Assembly (NCBI GenBank): GCA_016184225.1
Contig: JACPDA010000005.1
Location: 67,590 to 131,589 of the forward strand
DNA from: Candidatus Daviesbacteria bacterium
Lineage (GTDB): Bacteria > Patescibacteriota > Microgenomatia > Daviesbacterales > UBA10151
DNA: 64,000 bases
Direction of reading: 5' to 3'
The translations under genes were made by a program, and so were the position numbers. Of the stretch, positions 49,280-59,012 are shown piece after piece (the first letter of the stretch is position 1; each line of letters starts with the position of its first letter). The notes beneath the pieces are model-generated. The model had not been told where the DNA came from and did no database searches. It saw nothing but the letters and a program-made list of their open reading frames with translations.

Positions 49280-50198
49280 CCATATCTCCTTCTAAGATCC
49301 TATCCAGATTATGCCAGGATTTACCAATCCGGTGGTCAGTCACCCTGTTTTGGGGGAAGTTATAAGTTCTGATTTTTTCACTTCGCTCACCGCTTCCCAC
49401 TTGGGCAGACCTTTGAGCCTCAATATTTCCCACCTTTTTCTGTTGCTCCATTTCCCAAAGTTTAGCCCGCAAAAGCGATAGGGCGTTTTCCCTGTTTTGC
49501 AGTTGGGATCTTTCAGTTTGGGCTGTGACTACAGTTCCTGTTGGGATATGCTTAAGCCTGACGGCAGTGGAGACTTTATTAACATTCTGGCCTCCGGCAC
49601 CGCCGGAGCGGAAAGCTTCAAATTCTATATCAGATGGGTTAACAATAACTTGAGTTTTATTAACTTCCGGAAGCACTGCTACTGTTGCAGTTGAAGTATG
49701 GATTCTCCCCGAAGATTCTGTAACAGGTACTCTTTGTACCCGGTGTACACCGGACTCAAACTTTAGGCTGTTGTATGAATCTTTGCCGGAGATTTTGAGT
49801 ACAAGTTCTTTAATTTGTCCAAGGTTGCCCTCTGACCTGTTTAACTCCTCAACTTTCCACTTGCGGTTTTGAGCAAATCTGGTATACATCCTGCTTAAAT
49901 CCCCGGCAAACAGCCCGGCCTCATCTCCGCCGGCAGCGCTCCTTATTTCCAAAATACAGCTATCAGCATTCAGTATCGCTTCGCTGTCAGCTGTCAGACT
50001 TTCTGAATTCTCTGACGACTGACGACCGGTACCAACCGAAGGTTGGTGGACTGACGACTCTAGTTCACTTTTTTGTTTCTCAAGTTCAACAATTTCCTCC
50101 CTGGCCAATTCAGCCATGTCAGGATCCTCGGTTAAAGACTTAAGGTCTTGAATTTTTTTGTTTATTTGATCAATTTGGTCTTTTAGGTAATCGTTCAT
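49248..50198 (-). CDS. prfA: Peptide chain release factor 1
   Basis: GGDEA, VPVTE (PxT), GGQ, RTYNFPQ. Confidence 0.95.
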   Translation of the reverse strand: MNDYLKDQIDQINKKIQDLKSLTEDPDMAELAREEIVELEKQKSELESSVHQPSVGTGRQSSENSESLTADSEAILNADSCILEIRSAAGGDEAGLFAGDLSRMYTRFAQNRKWKVEELNRSEGNLGQIKELVLKISGKDSYNSLKFESGVHRVQRVPVTESSGRIHTSTATVAVLPEVNKTQVIVNPSDIEFEAFRSGGAGGQNVNKVSTAVRLKHIPTGTVVTAQTERSQLQNRENALSLLRAKLWEMEQQKKVGNIEAQRSAQVGSGERSEKIRTYNFPQNRVTDHRIGKSWHNLDRILEGDMDDIIKALWVH

Positions 50199-50201
50199 AA
50201 A

Positions 50202-50274
50202 AGTTTACAGGGTACAGGTTTTAGGTTACAGATAGGTGAAGCTACTGTCAACTGTTCACTGTAACCTGTCACCT
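50202..50274. repeat. Inverted heptamer arrays (AGGTTAC / CTGTMAC) without an enclosed gene
   Basis: Fills the whole rpmE-prfA gap. Confidence 0.7.
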
Positions 50275-50599
50275 AACTAGAGGCTTGTTTGCGGGCTTGC
50301 ATCAACAAATCCTTTAGTGATGGCCGTTCTTTCTTTTTCTCTTCAACTTTAGATTTTCTAGCTTCCAGAATTCTCATTCTTTCTTCCTGTTTAACTTTAG
50401 AGCTTTCGGTTTTCTTCACAAACCTGTCAACTTGTCCTAAAGTGTCAACAAACTTCTGCTGACCGCTGAAAAAGGGATGGCAGGCACTGCAAATTTCCAC
50501 GCGAATTGCCGGCACTGTTGAGCCGGTGGTAAAAGTATTTCCGCAAGCACAAGTAACCTTAGCCTCCGGATACCAAGTTGGATGAATATCTGCTTTCAT
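50273..50599 (-). CDS. rpmE: 50S ribosomal protein L31
   Basis: [19 protein letters not shown]; C-terminal extension. Confidence 0.94.
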   Translation of the reverse strand: MKADIHPTWYPEAKVTCACGNTFTTGSTVPAIRVEICSACHPFFSGQQKFVDTLGQVDRFVKKTESSKVKQEERMRILEARKSKVEEKKKERPSLKDLLMQARKQASS

Positions 50600-50622
50600 A
50601 ATGGAGCATAGTATAGCAAAAA

Positions 50623-50699
50623 TAGTGACTAGAGTCGAGAGTCAAGAGTCTAGACTTAAAAATTCCTAAACTCTAGAACCTAGCAACTAGACTCTATGA
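50623..50699. repeat. Inverted heptamer arrays (TAGAGTC family) without an enclosed gene
   Basis: Same unit and same AATAGTGACTAG start as the 44025 array. Confidence 0.75.
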
Positions 50700-51625
50700 G
50701 CCTTATGAATCTTATGGTGGGCTTCTTTGGCCAGTGTTCCCAAATAGGCTCCCACGGCAATCAGGACTGCGCCAATTAGAAACTGGTTAGACATTTGCTC
50801 ACCCAGGATTAAAACAGCCAGTCCTATTGCCGCAAAAGGTTCAATATAGTGGAAAAGGTCAGCTATGGTAACCGATGTTTTAGACAAACCCCACTCAAAA
50901 AGAAAATAAGCGGAGATGGAGGAAAGCAGGACCATAAAGGTCAGCCCCAGGACTCCTAAAATAGTGATTTGGCTGGCCCAGCCCGGGTTGTGGATATATT
51001 CAAGGGCAGCCGGAATAAAAAAGGCAACAGTCCCTACTAAAAAAGCCACTGCCGTGATAATTAAAGAAGAGTATTTACTTAAGATCTTTTTGGAAATGGT
51101 GGCCCCGAAAACCCAGGAAACGGAAGCTAAAATTATTAATAAATTGCCGGTTAACATCTGAGAAGAAACTGTGCCGGTGATGACTTGGGGTAAGCCAACA
51201 ATAACTAAGGCTCCTGCAAACCCTAAGGCCACACCTAAAAGATTAACCAAGTAAACTTTTTCCTTCAAAAACCACCAGCCGAAAAGTACCGATAATATGG
51301 GTACTGTTAAGGAGAGGATAGAAGCATCAATTGCGCTGGTGCGTTTAATCCCTTCAAAGAAGAAGGTGATATTTAAAACAATAATAAAAACTCCAATCGC
51401 TACCAATTTTGGAAGGTCAGCTTTCTCAATTTTAACTTTTGTTGTTTCTGCCAAAAAAAATGGGGCCAAAAGCAGGGAAGCTATGGCAAACCTCAGAAGG
51501 GCTAAGCTCATCGGGGGAAATTCCTGCAAAGTAATCTTGGCCACTACAAAATTAGCCCCCCAAATTAAGTGGGCAATAATGAGGGCAATGTAGGGAATAG
51601 GCTTTTTAAGTATTTGAGATGACAT
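50687..51625 (-). CDS. DMT/EamA transporter
   Basis: IWGANF, two EamA halves, LKEK, LGE. Confidence 0.9.
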   Translation of the reverse strand: MSSQILKKPIPYIALIIAHLIWGANFVVAKITLQEFPPMSLALLRFAIASLLLAPFFLAETTKVKIEKADLPKLVAIGVFIIVLNITFFFEGIKRTSAIDASILSLTVPILSVLFGWWFLKEKVYLVNLLGVALGFAGALVIVGLPQVITGTVSSQMLTGNLLIILASVSWVFGATISKKILSKYSSLIITAVAFLVGTVAFFIPAALEYIHNPGWASQITILGVLGLTFMVLLSSISAYFLFEWGLSKTSVTIADLFHYIEPFAAIGLAVLILGEQMSNQFLIGAVLIAVGAYLGTLAKEAHHKIHKAHRV

Positions 51626-51631
51626 ATTGAG

Positions 51632-52045
51632 TTAAGAGTTACGAGTTAAGAGTGCAGAATTATTTCTGGATTTCTTCAGAATCGTAACCAGTATTCTTAT
51701 TATTTCATCATTTTCCTTTAAAAGTAAACCTAACTTCTTAGAGGGAATTAGTTGTGATCGGGAAAGAATCGTTAACCAATAATAGGTTTCCCTTGCTTCT
51801 TTTAAGGAGATGTTGACTAAGTGTATAAAATCTTTTCTGGAGGCAGCACTTTGAGCTTCTTGTAAGTTTGCTCCAATAGATGTTCCGGACCTTACTACTT
51901 GTGATGCTAAAGCATAACCAGCAGGAGTTTTCGGTAAGGAGTTAACCATGTAAACAATTCTTACTGCAAATTCTATGGATCTTTCTGCGATTCCAATTCT
52001 TAACTCTTCACTCTGCACTCTGAATTCTCCTGATGGCTTCGTCAA
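51632..52045 (-). CDS. Four-helix-bundle protein (23S rRNA IVP-like family)
   Basis: Q..RSGTSIGAN..EA..A.S..DF, KEARET.YWL. Confidence 0.88.
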   Translation of the reverse strand: MTKPSGEFRVQSEELRIGIAERSIEFAVRIVYMVNSLPKTPAGYALASQVVRSGTSIGANLQEAQSAASRKDFIHLVNISLKEARETYYWLTILSRSQLIPSKKLGLLLKENDEIIRILVTILKKSRNNSALLTRNS

Positions 52046-53300
52046 GTGTAATCAGTTTGTCTTGGGTTTGGCTCGCTAGATTTTTCAGTGTTACTTTATT
52101 TGATTCAGCTTCCTCAGGGCCAATGATCACAACATAAGGGATGCCTTTTTGGTCAGCATATTTGAGTTGCTTTTCCAATTTAGTCTCCGGATCCAGCCAA
52201 AGCTCAGTATTTATATTGTTCGAGCGAAGCTGAGAACATACCTCGATCGATTTTTGTTCAAACTCTTTAGACCCGCCTGCATCGCTATGCGAAGCATTGC
52301 GGGCAGGAAATACTGTCACCAAAACTTTGACAGTAGCTAAATCAGCCGGAAATAAATTCAGCTCCGTCATAGCCTCTACAATCCTGTCAAAGCCAAAGGC
52401 AAATCCGACGGCTGGGATTTGTTTATCTGCAAAAATACCAATTAGATTATCAAACCTGCCTCCGCCTCCGACCGACCCAACAGTATATCCTTCCACTTCC
52501 ACTTCAAAAATCATTCCTGTGTAATAATCCAAACCCCGGGCTAAAGTCGGTGAGAACTTATACACTGAAGAAGGAATACCAAACTTTTCCAGGTAAGTAA
52601 ATATTTGCTGAAGGTTTTCAGTAGGACTGAAGTATTCAATCTGCTGGACAATATAAGTGGCTTTTTCCGAACCGTAACCTTTTTCTATTAGTTCATTTAA
52701 TACTCCCTCTCTGCCAATTTTTTTAAGCTTATCAATAGAACGTATGATGGACGTAAGATCTTTTTCCGGTACAACACCTCTTTTAACCATCATGGAAAAA
52801 ATATTGCGGTCGTTAATAATAATCTTAAAGTTTTTAAATCCTAATTGTTTTAAGGATTCGACCACTGTGGCAATTATTTCCACATCAGCTAGGGGAGAGT
52901 TGGTACCCACGGTGTCAATGTCACACTGCAAAAATTCCCTGAACCGGCCTTTTTGTGGATTTTCCGCCCGCCAGACCGGTTGGATTTGATAGCGCTTGAA
53001 TGGAATGGGTAACTGGTTCTGATACTGTGCTACAACGCGGGCCAAAGGTACAGTCTGGTCGTAGCGGAGAGCCACTTTACGGCCACCGTTGTCGGTAAAA
53101 CGATACATCAGCTTATCGCCTTCCTCGCCGTATTTGCCCAAAAGTACTTCTTCATACTCCAAAGCCGGTGTTTCCAATGGTTCAAAACCAAAAGACTCAA
53201 AGACACTTTTAAGCTTATTTATGACAAACTGCCGCTTCCTCGATTCTCGAGGCAAAAAATCCCGAAATCCCTTTAATGTCTGTGCTTTAATTTTGTTCAT
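52008..53300 (-). CDS. hisS: Histidyl-tRNA synthetase
   Basis: KGFRD, LRYDQT, GRFREF.QCD, RGLDYYTG, GGGRFD. Confidence 0.97.
   Translation of the reverse strand: MNKIKAQTLKGFRDFLPRESRKRQFVINKLKSVFESFGFEPLETPALEYEEVLLGKYGEEGDKLMYRFTDNGGRKVALRYDQTVPLARVVAQYQNQLPIPFKRYQIQPVWRAENPQKGRFREFLQCDIDTVGTNSPLADVEIIATVVESLKQLGFKNFKIIINDRNIFSMMVKRGVVPEKDLTSIIRSIDKLKKIGREGVLNELIEKGYGSEKATYIVQQIEYFSPTENLQQIFTYLEKFGIPSSVYKFSPTLARGLDYYTGMIFEVEVEGYTVGSVGGGGRFDNLIGIFADKQIPAVGFAFGFDRIVEAMTELNLFPADLATVKVLVTVFPARNASHSDAGGSKEFEQKSIEVCSQLRSNNINTELWLDPETKLEKQLKYADQKGIPYVVIIGPEEAESNKVTLKNLASQTQDKLITLDEAIRRIQSAE
52272..52307. repeat. Palindromic insertion in hisS
   Basis: GC-rich CCCGCCTGCATCGCTATGCGAAGCATTGCGGGCAGG encoding PARNASHSDAGG. 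Confidence 0.6.
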
Positions 53301-53329
53301 AGATTAATATTAACAGGGGAATACGTATT

Positions 53330-53350
53330 AAAAAAGACCCTGGTGGGTCT
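53330..53350 (-). terminator. Intrinsic terminator
   Basis: AGACCC-ACCA-GGGTCT followed by a T run on the minus strand. Confidence 0.7.
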
Positions 53351-53490
53351 CTGGACTAAACGTACCATTTTAGTTCAGCTCCGTATTCCGACACTGACTG
53401 TTTCATTTTACGGTTAAACTTCCGTAGAGTATTTGGCTCTCGACTCCCGAATCGTGACTTCGGTACAAACGTCTTTGGTTATTAAGTTGT
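53330..53490 (-). ncRNA. Candidate ~160 nt small RNA
   Basis: TTGACA-16-TATACT promoter (53524-53497), several hairpins, intrinsic terminator. Confidence 0.5.
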
Positions 53491-53611
53491 AAATACAGTA
53501 TACCACAAAAATTTCTGTTGTCAAATTTACTATCGGTTAATAAATTACCTGGGGTGGCAACCTACACCCACCCCTAGGGTGTCCTGGGTGTCCAAGGCAT
53601 GTCCAACATAA

Positions 53612-54160
53612 TTAAGCTGCTTTTTTAAGATCAATTGGCTGTAGGTAGGGATTATTTTCTAATTGTGAATCCGGAGTGGAATTTGGAAATATTGCGGGGG
53701 TTTCTTGTTGGGAAACATTGATTCCTTCTACAACTTCTATCATTTGTTCTTGAGGTTTCTCAATGGTGGCTAAATCATTAAATACGATTACCATCTCCTG
53801 GCCGGTAATTGAAACCGGAGCAGGTAATTCAGCTGTGACGGGAACTTTTTCGCCTCTGGTTTGCCAGGCCAGTATTTTGCCTGAATCTTCATTCATTCCG
53901 GAACCCGGATCCTGCCAGCCTGTCTGAAGAGGTGCATCTACTTCATTAACAATGACTGCGTCTCCTAAATGATCTCCAGCGTTGGCGATGTGTTTAAAAG
54001 GCATTTTTGCCAATGCATATGCCTTAACTGTTTTGACATACTGAGTAAAGTCATGTGTTCGGGTTCTAATTTTAAATGCCAGGGCCCTGATTATTGAGTA
54101 TTCAGTTGAGGTTTTGGTTGCTGCCTTCTGACCTGGAAAAATAATAACGTTTTCTTTCAT
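53612..54160 (-). CDS. Hypothetical orphan protein
   Basis: Long ORF, probable start MKENV at 54160. Confidence 0.6.
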   Translation of the reverse strand: MKENVIIFPGQKAATKTSTEYSIIRALAFKIRTRTHDFTQYVKTVKAYALAKMPFKHIANAGDHLGDAVIVNEVDAPLQTGWQDPGSGMNEDSGKILAWQTRGEKVPVTAELPAPVSITGQEMVIVFNDLATIEKPQEQMIEVVEGINVSQQETPAIFPNSTPDSQLENNPYLQPIDLKKAA

Positions 54161-54250
54161 ATAAGAGCGGAGTGTAATATGAATAAGTCCAAATTGCAAA
54201 TTTAATTCAGGACTTTCTTAAGTGTAGTGTGGTATGTTATATATTTACTT

Positions 54251-54958
54251 ATGGTAAAGGTAGCAATAATTTTGGCAGGGGGAAAAGGGGAGAGGCTTAG
54301 GCCTTATACCAATGACCGGCCCAAGGTCATGGTAGAGATTTCCGGCAAGCCTATTTTAGCCTGGCAAATAGAATGGCTTAAATCCCACGGAATTACGAAA
54401 TTTGTTTTAACAGTCAGTTACATGTATCACGTAGTCCAGGAGTATTTTGGGGACGGTTCAAAATTCGGCATTGAAGTTGATTATTCGATTGAAGAAACTC
54501 CGCTGGGCAGAGGCGGAGGTATCAAAAAAGCTTTCAAAAGCCCCTTACTTTCCGGTGAAACAGATGTGGTAGTTTGCAATGGTGACATCATTACCAAACT
54601 TAATTTAACCAATATGATCAAAAATCACCTGGACCAACAAGCCCTGGTCAGCCTGCTCTTGGTGCCTTATATTTCCAGATGGGGAGTGGTGAAAGTTGAC
54701 GAAGACGACCATATTACCGGCTTTGAAGAAAAACCCAAACTGCCTTATTGGATAAACGGCGGCATATATTTATTTAATAAGGATATAGAACCGCTTTTGC
54801 CTGAAGTAGGCGACCATGAAAAGGAAACCTTTCCCAAAATCCCCAAGGAAAAATTTGTGGGGTTTAAGGATGAGGGTTTTTGGCGGGCGGTTGATGTGGT
54901 GAAAGACAAATCCGAAGCAGAAGAGTTTTTAAGCAATGGCAAGCAAGATTTTAGTTAG
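54251..54958 (+). CDS. Sugar-phosphate nucleotidyltransferase
   Basis: LAGGKGERLRP.T..PK, EETPLG, NGD, F.EKP. Confidence 0.9.
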   Translation: MVKVAIILAGGKGERLRPYTNDRPKVMVEISGKPILAWQIEWLKSHGITKFVLTVSYMYHVVQEYFGDGSKFGIEVDYSIEETPLGRGGGIKKAFKSPLLSGETDVVVCNGDIITKLNLTNMIKNHLDQQALVSLLLVPYISRWGVVKVDEDDHITGFEEKPKLPYWINGGIYLFNKDIEPLLPEVGDHEKETFPKIPKEKFVGFKDEGFWRAVDVVKDKSEAEEFLSNGKQDFS

Positions 54959-55006
54959 TATTCGATTTTTGACAAAAGGCTTATAAAGATATATGATCGC
55001 ACTATT

Positions 55007-55441
55007 ATGAGCGCAGAAGCAATAACTAATATGCAGGATTTGATTGAACAAACCGTTACTGGTACGGCTGGATATTTACCAAATCCTAATTTTGAATGCG
55101 TAGAAAGGCATGCTGTTAAGTGTGGACCTGAAGAAAGAGATGCATTAGATTTGCAAACTCACTTAGGTTTTATGGAAGTGATACGAAAGGCGGTACAATT
55201 TAATCTTCATCCTCAGTATGTGTGGTGGTTTGTAGCAGATGCGGCTGTAGTCAGGCAGGCTAGTTCAGGCTATCTAAGTAGTCCTAAGTCGGGAATACAG
55301 GCATGGAAAAGGTTAGAGCGAGATCCGGAGTGGAAAGGTGTAGTCTATAGGCGGGAGTGTGATTTTGCGGGTGATATGGCAACGATCAGGGTACTAAAAC
55401 GTTCTATTGCCCGGATGGAGAAGTCAGAAGTAGCAGTTTAA
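55007..55441 (+). CDS. Hypothetical orphan protein
   Basis: TTGACA-17-TATGAT promoter 9 nt upstream. Confidence 0.6.
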   Translation: MSAEAITNMQDLIEQTVTGTAGYLPNPNFECVERHAVKCGPEERDALDLQTHLGFMEVIRKAVQFNLHPQYVWWFVADAAVVRQASSGYLSSPKSGIQAWKRLERDPEWKGVVYRRECDFAGDMATIRVLKRSIARMEKSEVAV

Positions 55442-55443
55442 CC

Positions 55444-56169
55444 TTATTTTTTCTTTCCAGTGGGAGTGGCAGACTGGGTGGCTACCTTTTTGGGTTTTAT
55501 TATTCCGCCTTGAGGTATCACATAAACAAATCCAGCTTCGAAAATTTCATTCTTATTTTTGCTTCCCGTGAGTATCACAAAATCTTTTAACTTTACCGTC
55601 GCTGAGGTGGGCAAACTGACGGCTACATTTTGGAAGTTTTTATCCTTGAGGGTAATTAGCTCGTCAGAGATAGAGATTACCTGGCCCCAAAAGTAAGTTT
55701 TTGGTTCTAAGTTAGGAGTTGGCAGTAAGATAATTTTTTTAGCTGTCAGTACGCCTGTTTCGTCAATATCGCCCAAAGCCGCAATATAGTCATCTTCCGC
55801 AATTGCCTTCAGAGAGAATTTAGTTTTTCCTTTAATTTTGCTTTCAAAAACAGTATCCTGATTGATGCTGATTATTTTGGGTCCGGATGCGGCTGCTAAA
55901 GTTAGGGAAGTTTCCGAACTTGCTTTAACCATGCCTGTGTAAGCTTTATCTTTCAGTTTGTGGTTAACCTCTTGTTTTAATTTAGCGGCCTTTGAAGCAA
56001 TTTCCTTTTTTAGTTCCTCCAGTTTGGCCTTAATGTCGGCAGAAGGGGTGGAATCAGCAGCATAGGTAGGGTATAGGGTATAGGGTATAGGGTATAGGAA
56101 AACAAAAAATACAAAAAATAAGGCAATTATTTTACTAGTGGCTAACCCCCAAACCCTAAACCCTCTCAT
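55444..56169 (-). CDS. Secreted hypothetical protein
   Basis: Signal peptide partly encoded by heptamer repeats; beta-rich body. Confidence 0.7.
   Translation of the reverse strand: MRGFRVWGLATSKIIALFFVFFVFLYPIPYTLYPTYAADSTPSADIKAKLEELKKEIASKAAKLKQEVNHKLKDKAYTGMVKASSETSLTLAAASGPKIISINQDTVFESKIKGKTKFSLKAIAEDDYIAALGDIDETGVLTAKKIILLPTPNLEPKTYFWGQVISISDELITLKDKNFQNVAVSLPTSATVKLKDFVILTGSKNKNEIFEAGFVYVIPQGGIIKPKKVATQSATPTGKKK
56067..56164. repeat. Inverted heptamer arrays (TAGGGTA)4 / AAACCCT
   Basis: 56067-56098 and 56143-56164, inside the 5' end of a CDS. Confidence 0.75.
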
Positions 56170-56600
56170 AGTTTTTCCTTCGAATAATACACTGTCCGCT
56201 CCGCTGACCTGGAATCTCCTGTTGAATCAAAGGTTGCAGCAGTGATCTTATTTACCCCTTCGTCTAAACTTAAAACAGTGGAAAAGGAGCCATCAGGTTT
56301 TGATTTAATGACCGAATCAAAATTTTCTGTGGAGATTAAAACCAAACTCCCCGGCCCGGTTTTGCCGGAAACCAATACTTCCGGCGAATAAAATAAACTA
56401 TCCTGCTCAGGCTGGTCAAGATCCAGCCGCAGAGTCTTAGGGGCAGTGGTAATCGGCCCGGCCAAAAAGGGGCCTTTGGGTTTTTGATACTGGATATTTA
56501 AAATGTAATAAAGTCCTGCAAGAAATATTAAACCAAAACTTAAAAGTAAAATCTGGGAAATGAAAAACTGTTTGGTGGAGAGTTTTTTGGTTAATTTCAT
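56166..56600 (-). CDS. Membrane-anchored Ig-like protein
   Basis: TM followed by VSGKT, DGSF, L.EG.N.I. Confidence 0.7.
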   Translation of the reverse strand: MKLTKKLSTKQFFISQILLLSFGLIFLAGLYYILNIQYQKPKGPFLAGPITTAPKTLRLDLDQPEQDSLFYSPEVLVSGKTGPGSLVLISTENFDSVIKSKPDGSFSTVLSLDEGVNKITAATFDSTGDSRSAERTVYYSKEKL

Positions 56601-56676
56601 TTGACAGCATTTTAACATATATCTTAAGTTTTGGTGGATTGTCTCGTTAACTTATTTTTGATAGTATTTCGAAACG

Positions 56677-57333
56677 ATGGATATATATTGGTACGGACAA
56701 GCATGTTTTAAATTAAAAGGCAAAAATGCGACTGTCGTCATCGATCCATTTGACCCTGATTTTACCGGTCTTAAACTTCCCAAGGATTTGCAATCTGATG
56801 CAGTTTTAACAACCCATGGCCACCGCGACCACAACTTTGTATCGGGTACCACTACATCCTCAGGTGCTAAACCCCCGGTTTTTGATAAACCAGGGGAATA
56901 TGAAGTTTCCGGGGTAGTCATGACCGGGATAAATTCTTTCCATGACAACTCCCAGGGTACAGAGCGGGGGACGAACACTATTTTCCATTTACTTTTTGAT
57001 AATTTGGATATTATTCATTTGGGGGATTTAGGACAAAGCAAATTAACTGAAGAGCAGGTTGCCCAAATTGGCCAGACGGATATTCTGCTGGTTCCTGTAG
57101 GGTCTATCTATACAATAGACTCTAAGGCTGCCTCGGAAATAGTTTCACAGCTTGAACCGAAAATTATCATCCCGATGCATTACAGGATAGATGGGTTAAA
57201 GTTTGAACTTGAAGGGGTTGAGAGCTTCTTAAAAGAAATGGGAGCAGAAGGGGTGGTTCCGGTGCCAAAGCTGTCAATTACTAAGGAAAAACTGCCGGAG
57301 GAACTGCAGGTAGTGGTATTAGGTAAGAGTTAG
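56677..57333 (+). CDS. MBL-fold metallo-hydrolase
   Basis: IDPF, THGHRDH, PGEYE, HLGDLG, IPMHY. Confidence 0.9.
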   Translation: MDIYWYGQACFKLKGKNATVVIDPFDPDFTGLKLPKDLQSDAVLTTHGHRDHNFVSGTTTSSGAKPPVFDKPGEYEVSGVVMTGINSFHDNSQGTERGTNTIFHLLFDNLDIIHLGDLGQSKLTEEQVAQIGQTDILLVPVGSIYTIDSKAASEIVSQLEPKIIIPMHYRIDGLKFELEGVESFLKEMGAEGVVPVPKLSITKEKLPEELQVVVLGKS

Positions 57334-57452
57334 TTTTCGGTTTTCTGTTTTCGGTTTTCAGATTCTGGTTTTTCAGTTGTCTGTTGACCGGTTAACCGAA
57401 AACTGGCAAACTAATATCCGAAAACTGACCACTGAGAACTGATAACCGAACT
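57333..57452. repeat. Inverted heptamer arrays (GTTTTCN / GAAAACT) without an enclosed gene
   Basis: Fills the whole gap before dnaB. Confidence 0.75.
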
Positions 57453-58811
57453 ATGGCGCAGCTAACGACTAAGCTTCCCCCACAAAATATAGATGCTGAA
57501 CAATCCCTTTTGGGCGCGCTCCTCATTGACAAAGATGCAATTGTGCGGATTTCGGAAATCCTGCACCCTTCAAACTTTTATAGATCCGAACAACATGGAG
57601 CTATCTTTGAAGCGATACAAAGCTTATTTGAAAGGCGTGAACCGATAGATTTGGTCACTGTTACGGAAGAGCTTAAAAGAAAAAGCGTTTACGACAAAAT
57701 TGGAGGGTCGGCATATTTAACTTCCCTGATAAATGTTGTTCCTACATCTGCTCATATTGAACATTATGCCAAAATAATTAGAGACCATGCTGTCAGGAGA
57801 AACTTAATTACACAAGCTACTTCTTTGATACAGCAGGCCTATAATGAAGGCGAGTCGGTGGAGGAGCTTTTGGAGACGGCCGAGGCGGGTATATTTGCCC
57901 TGTCGCAAGAACATGTCAGCCGGGATTTTTTGCCGATTAAAGATGCGTTAACAGAGTCTTTTGACAGACTTGATGAGCTGCAAAAATCTTCCGGAAAACT
58001 GCGGGGTATACCAACCGGTTTCCGGGATCTTGATGCCAAGTTGGCCGGCATGCAAAACTCCAACCTGTTAATTCTAGCTTCCCGTCCGGGGCAGGGTAAA
58101 ACTTCCATGGCTTTAAACATTGCCCAATATGTGGCAGTTACGGCAGGACTCCCGGTGGGAATTTTTTCTTTGGAAATGAGCCAGGAAGAGTTGGTAGATA
58201 GGTTGTTGGTGGGACAAGCAGACATAGACGCTTGGAAGCTAAAAACAGGCAGGTTAGATGAGAAGGACTTTGATAAGTTGTCTTTGGCCATGGGAGAGTT
58301 GGCAGAGGCGCCGATATTTATTGATGATACCCCGGGAATCACAATTTCCGAGATGAGGACAAAGGCGCGAAGATTGCAGATTGAGCATGGTTTAAAGTTT
58401 TTAATTGTAGATTATCTGCAGCTTATAAAGGGGCGGAATTTGGAAAATAGGGTCCAGGAAGTTTCAGAAATTTCCCAGAATTTAAAGAATTTGGCCAGAG
58501 AGCTGAAAATTCCGGTTTTAGCTATCTCACAGCTTTCCCGGGCAGTAGAGCAGCGGGGGACAAAAAAGCCGCAGCTGGCCGACCTTCGGGAGTCGGGGGC
58601 GATTGAACAGGATGCCGATGTGGTGATGTTTATCTGGCGGGAAGATAGTGAACATCCGGAACAGGTCACATTAGATATTCAAAAACACCGCAACGGTCCA
58701 ACCGGAGAAATAAACATGATCTTTAGGGCTGATCGGACTAAGTTTTATGGCATGGAAAAAACCAGAGGCAGACCAAAAGAAGAAACTAAAGAATTAGCCT
58801 CCGCTGCATAG
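57453..58811 (+). CDS. dnaB: Replicative DNA helicase
   Basis: AEQSLLG, RPGQGKT, FSLEM, DYLQL, SQLSR, DLRESGAIEQDAD. Confidence 0.97.
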   Translation: MAQLTTKLPPQNIDAEQSLLGALLIDKDAIVRISEILHPSNFYRSEQHGAIFEAIQSLFERREPIDLVTVTEELKRKSVYDKIGGSAYLTSLINVVPTSAHIEHYAKIIRDHAVRRNLITQATSLIQQAYNEGESVEELLETAEAGIFALSQEHVSRDFLPIKDALTESFDRLDELQKSSGKLRGIPTGFRDLDAKLAGMQNSNLLILASRPGQGKTSMALNIAQYVAVTAGLPVGIFSLEMSQEELVDRLLVGQADIDAWKLKTGRLDEKDFDKLSLAMGELAEAPIFIDDTPGITISEMRTKARRLQIEHGLKFLIVDYLQLIKGRNLENRVQEVSEISQNLKNLARELKIPVLAISQLSRAVEQRGTKKPQLADLRESGAIEQDADVVMFIWREDSEHPEQVTLDIQKHRNGPTGEINMIFRADRTKFYGMEKTRGRPKEETKELASAA

Positions 58812-58818
58812 GTCAAAG

Positions 58819-58902
58819 TGCCGAGGGAGGGAGTCGAACCCTCATGATCTTTAGGACCAAAGGTTTTTGAGACCTTCGCGTCTGCCATTCCGCCACCTCG
58901 GC
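58819..58902 (-). tRNA. tRNA-Leu(CAA)
   Basis: GCCGAGG acceptor stem, AAGGT-CTCAAAA-ACCTT anticodon arm, long variable arm, GGTTCGACTCC T-arm; CCA not encoded. Confidence 0.95.
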
Positions 58903-58974
58903 AATAAAAGTACTTGAGGTATTATATCAAGTTTAACTTGATGAAAAAAGGATAAAGAGGAAATTAAAGTCTGT

Positions 58975-59004
58975 ACAAATGTCCTCCGATCGTGGTACAT
59001 TTGT
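58975..59004 (+). repeat. Left 30 bp palindromic repeat of PaaX-like gene 2
   Basis: ACAAATGT-CCTC-CGATCG-TGGT-ACATTTGT. Confidence 0.9.
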
Positions 59005-59012
59005 GATAATAT

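Noticed and set aside
51632-52045. Diversity-generating retroelement (Avd-like gene)
   Set aside because: No reverse transcriptase and no TR/VR pair differing at adenines was seen in the window.
53330-53490. T-box or His-leader attenuator for hisS
   Set aside because: No T-box consensus (GGTGGNACC) before the terminator and no His codons in the short ORF.
57453-58811. Intein in DnaB
   Set aside because: Normal length and contiguous helicase motifs.
58975-59004. dif/XerCD site
   Set aside because: Does not match the dif consensus arms, and its 6 bp centre is symmetric.
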